Below are positions 42,363 through 49,103 of a stretch of 50,433 bases of DNA, piece by piece (the stretch's first letter is position 1; each line of letters begins with the position of its first letter). The stretch comes from Candidatus Buchananbacteria bacterium (GTDB lineage Bacteria > Patescibacteriota > Patescibacteriia > Buchananbacterales > UBA6539). The stretch covers positions 1-50,433 of the forward strand of contig JBAYJS010000001.1 of assembly GCA_041664985.1 (NCBI GenBank). Direction: 5' to 3'. The notes under the pieces were generated by a model. That model was given only the letters and a program-made list of their open reading frames with translations. It searched no databases and was not told where the DNA came from. The position numbers and the translations under genes are program-made.

Positions 42363-42500
42363 TTAACCTTTTTGCCGCGGCAAAGGCTGGCTGTATTGAA
42401 AACGCTGAAATTCCTGCGGTCCGTCAGCTCGATAGCGGCTTTTAGTGCGGTAGCGAGTCACCTTGGTTTTATTATATTTTCGAGAAGAATGATCGCGCAT
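42363..42500 (-). CDS. Possible 45-aa very basic micro-protein (MRDHSSRKYNKTKVTRYRTKSRYRADGPQEFQRFQYSQPLPRQKG)
   Basis: ORF below the track cutoff that exactly fills the thpR-tagA gap. It contains the 14-bp palindrome TTTGCCGCGGCAAA. No SD and no homology recognised. Confidence 0.3.
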   Translation of the reverse strand: MRDHSSRKYNKTKVTRYRTKSRYRADGPQEFQRFQYSQPLPRQKG

Positions 42501-42516
42501 AATAAATAAATAATTA

Positions 42517-43071
42517 TTAATATTTCAAATTATAACTGGCTAAAATTTTGTATTCCGGGCCAATTGAACTTAACTGACTTGCCATTAGTTCAATGCTGGT
42601 GACTGGAATTTCCAATTTTGGCGGGTCAAAATTATCCGGTTTGAAAATGATTGGGCTTTTAACCCGAGCTAAAGTCAAGTGCGGCGTCCACGGCCGATTT
42701 TCGGTTTTGATGCCAATTTTATTTAGTTCCTCCCCTACTTTGTTTTGCAAAAGGCTAAGACTTTCATTGCCGATTTGTTGGCCGGATAAATAAATAATTT
42801 TTGGCTCATTTAAATTGGGAAAAGCGCTAATTTTATCGGTTAAAAGTTTAGCGGTTTTAAAATCTTTGACTTGATTTTCTAAAATATCCTTAACCGCTTC
42901 AATCTGTGAATCACTTAAATCCCCTAAAAAATGTAAAGTCAGATGGGCGGTTTTGGTCTGAACACCAGTGACGGAATTTTTATAATATTTTTTTAGCTTT
43001 AAAGTCAGATCGTCAATTTCTTTGACGGCAGCTGGCAAAAGATTAATGGCAATAAAACAGCGCTTGGACAT
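42517..43071 (-). CDS. thpR: RNA 2',3'-cyclic phosphodiesterase (2H family, ThpR/LigT)
   Basis: Two HxT motifs: HLTLHFLG and HLTLARV. 184 aa. Confidence 0.88.
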   Translation of the reverse strand: MSKRCFIAINLLPAAVKEIDDLTLKLKKYYKNSVTGVQTKTAHLTLHFLGDLSDSQIEAVKDILENQVKDFKTAKLLTDKISAFPNLNEPKIIYLSGQQIGNESLSLLQNKVGEELNKIGIKTENRPWTPHLTLARVKSPIIFKPDNFDPPKLEIPVTSIELMASQLSSIGPEYKILASYNLKY

Positions 43072-43119
43072 AGTAATATTTTAGCAGATTTTTTTAATAA
43101 TTTCCAGTATTTTGAAGAT

Positions 43120-43152
43120 AAAAAAAAGACCTTACTAATACTACGTAAGGTC
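43120..43152 (-). terminator. Intrinsic terminator of cassette G
   Basis: Minus strand: GACCTTAC/GTAAGGTC 8-bp stem (43152-43145/43135-43128) followed by T8. Confidence 0.8.
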
Positions 43153-43162
43153 GCCAATGAAC

Positions 43163-43720
43163 TTAATCGCCACCTCCAAGGTGCATCAAAATGCGGACGC
43201 ATTTTTGGGGGTTGCGGTTGTACGCTGCCAAGAAATAGCACCTTAGCCACGTATCGTCGCCACAAACTGTTGGCCAGTAAGCTCCTGGAACCTTGCTGTG
43301 GCATTCGATCTCCGCTTCGGTCATGTCCCTGACCGAGCTAGGATCGACTAAGTAAGAGTCCCAGCCCCCGTTCCAAAGGATCGGGGCGAACTGGGCTTGG
43401 CCCAAAAACATGCTGATCCGAGCCCGGCAAACGTCCTGATTGGCTGGCTCCATGATGCCAAATGCCCATCCCCAAAGATATTCTGGGGAGCATTTCGTCC
43501 TGTCGGGGACGAAAATGTCCTCTTCTAGTCCAAAGACTGTAGAGCGGGCATAGGCAAACCGGAAGCCGGCAAGATACTTTTCCAGGTCTCGGTTCCTAAT
43601 CTTTTGGGCCAGTTTGGCGCGCTCTTTTGTCGCGCCTTGGCCGGGGCCAAACTTTTGGTCCAGCGCCGCCAACCGTTGCTCGTAAGTTCTGCCTACATTT
43701 GTCTCTCCCTGTTGGGCCAT
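43163..43720 (-). CDS. Cassette G: hypothetical 185-aa protein, Trp/Cys-rich; no family recognised
   Basis: GC-rich ORF. GGAGG (43732-43728) lies 7 nt before the ATG. The leader has nested hairpins: GACAGGA/TCCTGTC (43741-43747/43783-43789) and GCAATTAG-loop-CTAATTGC (43754-43774). Confidence 0.75.
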   Translation of the reverse strand: MAQQGETNVGRTYEQRLAALDQKFGPGQGATKERAKLAQKIRNRDLEKYLAGFRFAYARSTVFGLEEDIFVPDRTKCSPEYLWGWAFGIMEPANQDVCRARISMFLGQAQFAPILWNGGWDSYLVDPSSVRDMTEAEIECHSKVPGAYWPTVCGDDTWLRCYFLAAYNRNPQKCVRILMHLGGGD

Positions 43721-43813
43721 CGCTTTTCCTCCTATCGTTAGACAGGAGAATCAGCAATTAGCCAATCTAATTGCACATTTCATCCTGTCATAGTGAATTG
43801 AAAAGAGCTTTGT

Positions 43814-43842
43814 AATATATACTATAATTATGTTTTTGTCAA
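43814..43842 (-). promoter_or_regulatory. Sigma-70-type promoter of cassette G
   Basis: Minus strand: TTGACA (43842-43837), 17 nt, TATATT (43819-43814). Confidence 0.6.
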
Positions 43843-43850
43843 GTTATAAT

Positions 43851-43886
43851 AAAAAAAAGACCCTTGGTTTAAATTCCCGGGTCTTT
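43851..43886 (-). terminator. Intrinsic terminator of cassette H
   Basis: Minus strand: AAAGACCC...GGGTCTTT stem (43886-43879/43863-43856) running into a T-run (reverse complement of the A-run at 43851-43858). Confidence 0.65.
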
Positions 43887-43909
43887 GTCCGAATGATTTT
43901 GATTGTTGG

Positions 43910-44341
43910 CTATATGTCTAAAGCCTCAAAAACGGCGGCCTTTTTCTCCTTTGTGGAGATGTTTTTAAGAGAGGTTTTAAAATCAACATCTCTTATGACC
44001 TGGCCGGTAACAGCGAGTAGTTCAAGGGCCTGTTTGAGATCTGAGTAATTCTTAGACAACACTGCCTCTCCGGCTCGTCGCGCGACTTGGAATCGTACAT
44101 CCCTTTTGGCGTGGGCCTGTATGGTTCGGAAATCTTCCCAAAGAATTTTCTCGCCCCGACGAGTCTTAATGGTGCGGGCCTCAACTGGGTTCAAGAGTTG
44201 AATGTAACGGCCTTTAGTCTGGCCTTGCTTTCCTAAGGCTGAATCTACTCCAAGTAGTCGCTTCTGGCTAAACCAAACGGCGGTTACTTGTACAGACCCA
44301 ATCTTTCCCCGCCTTTGAAGGTGCGATACTTTAGTTGACAT
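43910..44341 (-). CDS. Cassette H: hypothetical 143-aa basic protein; no family recognised
   Basis: GGAGG (44354-44350) lies 8 nt before the ATG at 44341. The N-terminal 41 codons of the longer track ORF are AT-rich promoter sequence. Confidence 0.7.
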   Translation of the reverse strand: MSTKVSHLQRRGKIGSVQVTAVWFSQKRLLGVDSALGKQGQTKGRYIQLLNPVEARTIKTRRGEKILWEDFRTIQAHAKRDVRFQVARRAGEAVLSKNYSDLKQALELLAVTGQVIRDVDFKTSLKNISTKEKKAAVFEALDI

Positions 44342-44429
44342 GGCTGTATCCTCCTGATTTAAAGGTTTCTGCCATTTGTCCTGTTGCTGCCCAGTGCAGT
44401 GACGAATCGGACGTTGTTTGTCATAATAA

Positions 44430-44458
44430 TTTATATAACAAAAAAATATTTTTAGCAA
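44430..44458 (-). promoter_or_regulatory. Candidate promoter of cassette H
   Basis: Minus strand: TTGCTA (44458-44453), 17 nt, TATAAA (44435-44430). Confidence 0.45.
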
Positions 44459-44568
44459 CAGCAAAAAATAAAAAAAGTTACGGTCTTAAATTATTACCAA
44501 GATGCTTTGAAAGTATTATATAAAAAAACTTATGATAATTACAAAATTGTAGTATAATAATTGTATAT

Positions 44569-45588
44569 ATGAAAGAAGCATTATTCTATAAAAAATTGGA
44601 AGATAATAAGGTCAAATGTGAGCTTTGTCATCAGTTTTGCCAGATTATGTCCGGTAAGCGCGGCTTGTGCGGCGTGCGGGAAAATTCAGGCGGTACTTTG
44701 CAGACTTTGGTTTATGGTAAAATTGCATCAGCCAATATTGATCCGATTGAAAAAAAACCGTTTTTTCATTTTTTGCCCGGTTCCCAGGCTTTTTCCATTG
44801 CCACGGTTGGCTGTAATTTTTCCTGCGCGAATTGCCAAAACGCCGATATTTCCCAGTCGCCAAAAGAAAAATTAAAATTTTTGTCGCAAATGCCAGGCTC
44901 GGAAGCGACGCCGGAGCAAGTGGTAAAACTGGCTTTGGAATCAAATTGTCAAAGTATTGCCTACACTTATACCGAGCCAACCATTTTTTTTGAGTTTGCT
45001 TTGGATTGTATGAAGCTAGCCAAAAAGAGCGGCTTGAAAAATGTCTGGGTTTCCAATGGCTACACTAATTTGCCGGCTTTGGAAATGGCTAAGCCTTATT
45101 TGGACGCGGTTAATGTTGATTTAAAGTTTTTTTCCGAAAAAAATTATCAAAAAATTTGTGGCGCGAAACTCCAGCCGGTTTTAGATAATTTAATTTGGTA
45201 TAAACAAAATAATATTTGGTTGGAAATTACGACTTTGTTAATCCCGACTTTAAATGAAGGTAGTGATGAACTGACTAAAATTGCCAGGTTTATTAAAGAC
45301 CAATTGGGCGCTAATACGCCCTGGCATGTTTCGGCTTTTTTTCCGCAGTATAAATTAAATAAAATTCCCGCAACCGTACCAGCCGATATTAAAAAAGCTT
45401 GGCAAATCGGCCGGGCAGTCGGACTGAATTATGTTTATGGCGGTAATATTTTTGGTCAGCAAACCGAAGATACGAGCTGTCCGGCTTGCGGCCAAACTGC
45501 TATTTCGCGGCAAGGTTATCAGGTAAAGCGTTTTGATAATAAGGGATTGTGCCCGTTTTGTGGGGCCAAAATTGATTTAATAATTTAA
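44569..45588 (+). CDS. AmmeMemoRadiSam-system-type radical SAM enzyme (PflA-like activase fold)
   Basis: N-terminal KCELCHQFCQI..GKRGLCGVR auxiliary Cys cluster, DPIEKKPFFHF, and GCNFSCANCQN (CxxxCxxC radical SAM motif). TATAAT (44553-44558) lies only 10 nt before the ATG. Confidence 0.8.
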   Translation: MKEALFYKKLEDNKVKCELCHQFCQIMSGKRGLCGVRENSGGTLQTLVYGKIASANIDPIEKKPFFHFLPGSQAFSIATVGCNFSCANCQNADISQSPKEKLKFLSQMPGSEATPEQVVKLALESNCQSIAYTYTEPTIFFEFALDCMKLAKKSGLKNVWVSNGYTNLPALEMAKPYLDAVNVDLKFFSEKNYQKICGAKLQPVLDNLIWYKQNNIWLEITTLLIPTLNEGSDELTKIARFIKDQLGANTPWHVSAFFPQYKLNKIPATVPADIKKAWQIGRAVGLNYVYGGNIFGQQTEDTSCPACGQTAISRQGYQVKRFDNKGLCPFCGAKIDLII

Positions 45589-45604
45589 ATTAAAATAACT
45601 CATC

Positions 45605-46942
45605 ATGAAAAAAAACCTTTTGTTCTGTTTTTTTATTTTGGCTTTATTGCCGCTGCCGGCACTGGCTGGCTATTCTTTTAATCCCCACTTTATAATCACC
45701 GATGAAGAAATGACTGACCATACCTCAATGTCAGTTTCGGAAATCCAGCGGTTTTTAGATCAAAAAAGCAGCGGGATTGCCAATCGATATTTTTTGGATT
45801 ATCAAAATTTAAATAAAAAAGCCGCTGAAATTATTTGGCAGGCCGCTCAAGAAAGTAAAATTAATCCTAAAATGCTTTTGGCAACTTTGCAAAAGGAACA
45901 AAGTTTAATCGGCGATCCGTCCCCAAGCCAAAACCAACTTGATAAGGCCATGGGTTATCGTTGTCCGGATAGTGGCGGATGCAATCCCCGAGCCGCGGGC
46001 TTTGGCAAGCAAGTTGACGGTGCGGCTTGGCAATTTCGGCAATATTTTGACAATCCTTTTAATTGGCATTTTCAAGTTGGCAATAGCTATGTGGTTGATA
46101 ATACTTATCTGATCGCGCCGGTTAATCAGGCAACCGCGAGTTTATATAATTACACGCCGCACTATTCCGGTAATCAACATTTTTGGCAAATTTGGCAAAG
46201 CTATTGGGGTAAAGATTATCCGGACGGTTCGCTTTTAAAAACCGAAAAAGATCCCGGGGTTTGGTTTTTGCAGTATGGTATTCGCCGGCTGATTTCTTCA
46301 TATTCGGTTTTATTGTCTCGATTTAATCCTAAAAAGATTTTAATTGTGACTGAGGCTGATTTAAAAAAATATGAGATTGGTCCGGCAATAAAGTTTCATA
46401 ATTATGCTTTGATTCATCTGCCTTCGGGTAAAGCTTACCTTTTGGTTGACGATAAATTACATTATATTGACAGTGAAGAAACTTTCCGAGTTTTAGGCTT
46501 TAATTGGGAAGAAGTCGTTGAAGCCACTGAAGCGGATTTGGCCGGTTACGGCTACGGTGATAATTTGACGGTCAAAAGCGCTTATCCAACCGGAACTTTA
46601 TTGCAAAATACCGCCACTGCTGAAATCTTTTTTGTCCAAAATGGCATTAAGCAACCGGTTTTGGCCAAAGAAATTATCACTTCGAATTTTGGCAAAAAAA
46701 CCATAGTTAAAGCCTTGGCGGCAGAATTGGAAAAATATACACTTGGCGAGCCTTTGAAATTCAGGGATGGTGAATTGGTTAAAAGTACTTTAGACTCAAA
46801 AGTTTACGTAATCTCTGACGGTTATCGGCGCTGGATTAAAACCGAAGAGGCGTTTAACAAGTTTGGGTACAAATGGTATAATGTGATTAATACTGACCAA
46901 AAAGCGATTGAAATTCAGCCTTTAGGTCAAGATATAGAGTAG
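45605..46942 (+). CDS. Secreted hypothetical protein (445 aa)
   Basis: Signal peptide (LLFCFFILALLPLPALA). The N-terminal region contains INPKMLLATLQKEQSL, a segment I associate with cell-wall-hydrolase-like accessory domains. The C-terminal half looks like internal repeats (...YLLVDDKLHYI..., ...IFFVQNGIKQPV..., ...VYVISDGYRRWI...). Confidence 0.65.
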   Translation: MKKNLLFCFFILALLPLPALAGYSFNPHFIITDEEMTDHTSMSVSEIQRFLDQKSSGIANRYFLDYQNLNKKAAEIIWQAAQESKINPKMLLATLQKEQSLIGDPSPSQNQLDKAMGYRCPDSGGCNPRAAGFGKQVDGAAWQFRQYFDNPFNWHFQVGNSYVVDNTYLIAPVNQATASLYNYTPHYSGNQHFWQIWQSYWGKDYPDGSLLKTEKDPGVWFLQYGIRRLISSYSVLLSRFNPKKILIVTEADLKKYEIGPAIKFHNYALIHLPSGKAYLLVDDKLHYIDSEETFRVLGFNWEEVVEATEADLAGYGYGDNLTVKSAYPTGTLLQNTATAEIFFVQNGIKQPVLAKEIITSNFGKKTIVKALAAELEKYTLGEPLKFRDGELVKSTLDSKVYVISDGYRRWIKTEEAFNKFGYKWYNVINTDQKAIEIQPLGQDIE

Positions 46943-46969
46943 AGTTTAAAAGTTTTTAACTTTTATTTT

Positions 46970-47767
46970 ATGCCCATAGTTTTTGCCGCCTCTGTCCCCC
47001 ATCCACCGGTTTTAATTCCGGAAATCGGTAAGGACAATATTAAACAAATCAAAAAAACCGAAGACGCGTTCAAAAAGCTTGAGCAGGATTTTTATGCGTC
47101 TAAGCCGGAGAGTATTTTGATTATTTCGCCTCATGGTAAAGTTTTAGCTGATGCTTTCAGTATTAATCTGAATGCCGATTACACGGCTAATTTTAAAGAC
47201 TTTGGTGACTTTGGTTTGGAAATGAAATTCAAAAGCGATTATTTATCAATTCAAGAAATCAGAGCAGCTGATGAAACCAGCAAAACGATTCCAATCGTTT
47301 TGTCTAGTGACCAAGAGTTGGATCACGGTTTTTCCATTCCGCTTTACTTTTTAACTCAGCATTTGAAAAATATTCCGATTATTCCGGTGACTTATTCAAC
47401 TTTGGATTATCAGCAGCATTTTGCTTTTGGTCAATTTTTGCATCGCCAGCTTTCAAAAATAAATAAAAGATTTGCCGTGATTGCGTCTGGTGATTTGTCT
47501 CACCGTCTCACCAAAGAAGCGCCGGCGGGCTATTCGGAAAAAGGTCAGGAATTTGATAATAAATTGATTGAATTGATCAAAAACAAAGATTTTGCCGGTT
47601 TATTAAAAATTGATCCGGAACTGATTAGTCAGGCCGGTGAATGCGGTTTGCGTTCGATTATTATTTTGGCTGGTATTATTGAGTCTTTGAATTTTGCGCC
47701 AGAGATTCTTTCCTATGAAGGTCCGTTTGGTGTCGGTTACTTGATCAGTGAATTTAAATTAGTTTAA
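46970..47767 (+). CDS. LigB/Memo-superfamily protein (class III extradiol dioxygenase subunit B-like)
   Basis: AASVPHPPVLIPEIG N-terminal motif, DHGFSIPLYF, and ASGDLSHRL. Confidence 0.7.
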   Translation: MPIVFAASVPHPPVLIPEIGKDNIKQIKKTEDAFKKLEQDFYASKPESILIISPHGKVLADAFSINLNADYTANFKDFGDFGLEMKFKSDYLSIQEIRAADETSKTIPIVLSSDQELDHGFSIPLYFLTQHLKNIPIIPVTYSTLDYQQHFAFGQFLHRQLSKINKRFAVIASGDLSHRLTKEAPAGYSEKGQEFDNKLIELIKNKDFAGLLKIDPELISQAGECGLRSIIILAGIIESLNFAPEILSYEGPFGVGYLISEFKLV

Positions 47768-47785
47768 ACCTAAAATTTTTTGTAT

Positions 47786-47817
47786 AAAAAAGTAGAGACT
47801 TGTGTCTCTATTTTTTT
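47786..47817. terminator. Bidirectional intrinsic terminator
   Basis: A-run, TAGAGAC (47793-47799)/GTCTCTA (47804-47810) with a 4-nt loop, then T7. Confidence 0.75.
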
Positions 47818-48071
47818 GATATGATTTTGAAAAAATATTTCCATTTTTCTGTGGTCTGACAAAGTTCTTTGGTATCATTGAGGCATTTTTCAATAAATTC
47901 TTTGGGGTATTTTTTGCAGACCAAAAAGACGGAATTTTTTTTTGGCGGCGGAATATTGAGTTCATTAATAATTTTTAAAGCCAAATCCTGCCATTGATAA
48001 GCCGGCGGTTTAACCGTCTTTTTTTTAGCTAAAATGTCTTTAAAATTTTGAAAACCATTATCAATTGGCAT
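47808..48071 (-). CDS. Hypothetical protein (87 aa), native AT-rich composition
   Basis: ORF only. No family recognised. Confidence 0.45.
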   Translation of the reverse strand: MPIDNGFQNFKDILAKKKTVKPPAYQWQDLALKIINELNIPPPKKNSVFLVCKKYPKEFIEKCLNDTKELCQTTEKWKYFFKIISKK

Positions 48072-48099
48072 ATTGGGATTATAACAAAATTTTGTTGAT

Positions 48100-48131
48100 A
48101 AAAAAAGAGATTCACTAAAAATCAGTGAATC
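48100..48131 (-). terminator. Intrinsic terminator of cassette I
   Basis: Minus strand: GATTCACT/AGTGAATC 8-bp stem (48131-48124/48116-48109) followed by CTCTTTTTTT. The stop codon of gene I2 lies in the stem. Confidence 0.75.
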
Positions 48132-48351
48132 AACTCAAAGAACGAAGATAATACTTGCCTGGGGCCGGCCCGATTAGGATGATGTAAAGGCAGATGCCTA
48201 CGCCGCAGGCGATAAAGATCCAGGGTGCCAGCAGATTGATTGCAAAGTTTCTGGCTCGACCATGGTTTTTGGGCAATGTTTGCCAGCACAGCCCAGTGCC
48301 GATGATTTGGATTGCCAGCAATGTCAGTAAAATATACCAAAGCCAAGTCAT
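48130..48351 (-). CDS. Cassette I gene 2: hypothetical 73-aa two-TM membrane protein
   Basis: GGGAGG (48363-48358) lies 6 nt before the ATG at 48351. Hydrophobic helices WLWYILLTLLAIQIIGTGL and LLAPWIFIACGVGICLYIILI. Confidence 0.6.
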   Translation of the reverse strand: MTWLWYILLTLLAIQIIGTGLCWQTLPKNHGRARNFAINLLAPWIFIACGVGICLYIILIGPAPGKYYLRSLS

Positions 48352-48352
48352 G

Positions 48353-48706
48353 TTAGTCCTCCCAGTTTGAACGGCCGGTGCCTACCGGTGGATACGGATA
48401 TTCGTCAGCCGAGATATCTTCCCAGATCGTGCAGATTCGGTCGATAAGCCAAGACACGGCCAAGGCGATGGCCAAAAGAATTGGGCCAAAAAGCTTGGCA
48501 CCAAGCTTTTTGCCAGGCAAAGTCAGCACGTCCCAGATAAAATCGGCCAGTCGCTTTGACCACTCTTTTTTAACCGATTTATCCCAGGAGTCAGGATTGT
48601 TGGTTGTCAGCTTGGCTGTTTGGTGCCGCTGGGCAAGCGCCCGATCTAGGCCATTTGCCAGGTATATCACAACGCCGGCAAGTAACCCAATCAATGTAGT
48701 AGACAT
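48353..48706 (-). CDS. Cassette I gene 1: hypothetical 117-aa membrane protein (N-terminal and central TM helices, acidic/Pro-rich tail)
   Basis: GGGAGG (48720-48715) lies 8 nt before the ATG at 48706. GC-rich. Its last codons contain the SD of gene 2. Confidence 0.65.
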   Translation of the reverse strand: MSTTLIGLLAGVVIYLANGLDRALAQRHQTAKLTTNNPDSWDKSVKKEWSKRLADFIWDVLTLPGKKLGAKLFGPILLAIALAVSWLIDRICTIWEDISADEYPYPPVGTGRSNWED

Positions 48707-48745
48707 GGTGTTTTCCTCCCTATCTGCGGTTTGAACACTACCGTG

Positions 48746-48774
48746 ATTTTAGGTAATTAATATTAAAAAGTCAA
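48746..48774 (-). promoter_or_regulatory. Sigma-70-type promoter of cassette I
   Basis: Minus strand: TTGACT (48774-48769), 17 nt, TAAAAT (48751-48746). Confidence 0.6.
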
Positions 48775-48810
48775 TTTAATAAAAAGTAAAATTATCCCCA
48801 AGGCAAATCC

Positions 48811-48838
48811 TTGACACGTAATTTTTTTACGGTATAAT
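48811..48838 (+). promoter_or_regulatory. Near-consensus promoter upstream of the def-fmt region
   Basis: TTGACA (48811-48816), 16 nt, TATAAT (48833-48838). Confidence 0.65.
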
Positions 48839-48860
48839 GAAGACTTCAAAAGTTGAAATC

Positions 48861-48890
48861 TCTCCCAAAACGCCGGGAGATTTTACTTTT
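48861..48890 (+). terminator. Terminator-like hairpin about 20 nt downstream of the predicted start site (tiny RNA or attenuator)
   Basis: TCTCCC (48861-48866)/GGGAGA (48875-48880) followed by TTTTACTTTT. Confidence 0.45.
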
Positions 48891-48920
48891 ACTTGATAAA
48901 TAAATAAAAATAAAAAGCCA

Positions 48921-49058
48921 ATGAAACAAAATTCCGAATCAATTATCGAAGAACTGAAATTTCACTTAACTTTACAGCTGGAAGCTTTCTACAAACAAGA
49001 TACGGAGTTGTATGACAAGCTAGAAAAAAAGATTCTGGGACTAGAAAAGAATCTATAG
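48921..49058 (+). CDS. Possible 45-aa helical micro-protein (MKQNSESIIEELKFHLTLQLEAFYKQDTELYDKLEKKILGLEKNL)
   Basis: ATG ORF below the track cutoff, native AT-rich composition, heptad-like pattern. No other support. Confidence 0.3.
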   Translation: MKQNSESIIEELKFHLTLQLEAFYKQDTELYDKLEKKILGLEKNL

Positions 49059-49103
49059 CTTAAATAAGTAAAATATGCTATTATTTAAGAGTAATATTAA
49101 TTT

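Noticed and set aside
43005-43304. 99-aa minus-strand ORF spanning the thpR start and the cassette G end; also 43830-44048 (+), 43993-44184 (-), 44335-44523 (+) and 48378-48734 (+)
   Set aside because: They overlap better-supported genes in other frames or strands, or cross promoter and terminator elements. They lack start signals.
9912-48774. Interpreting the GC-rich islands as a single integrated mobile element, prophage or integron
   Set aside because: The islands are separated by essential housekeeping genes. They have no integrase, transposase, attC-like sites, flanking direct or inverted repeats, or tRNA targets, and I could see no sequence similarity between them. They are reported instead as independent moron-like units.
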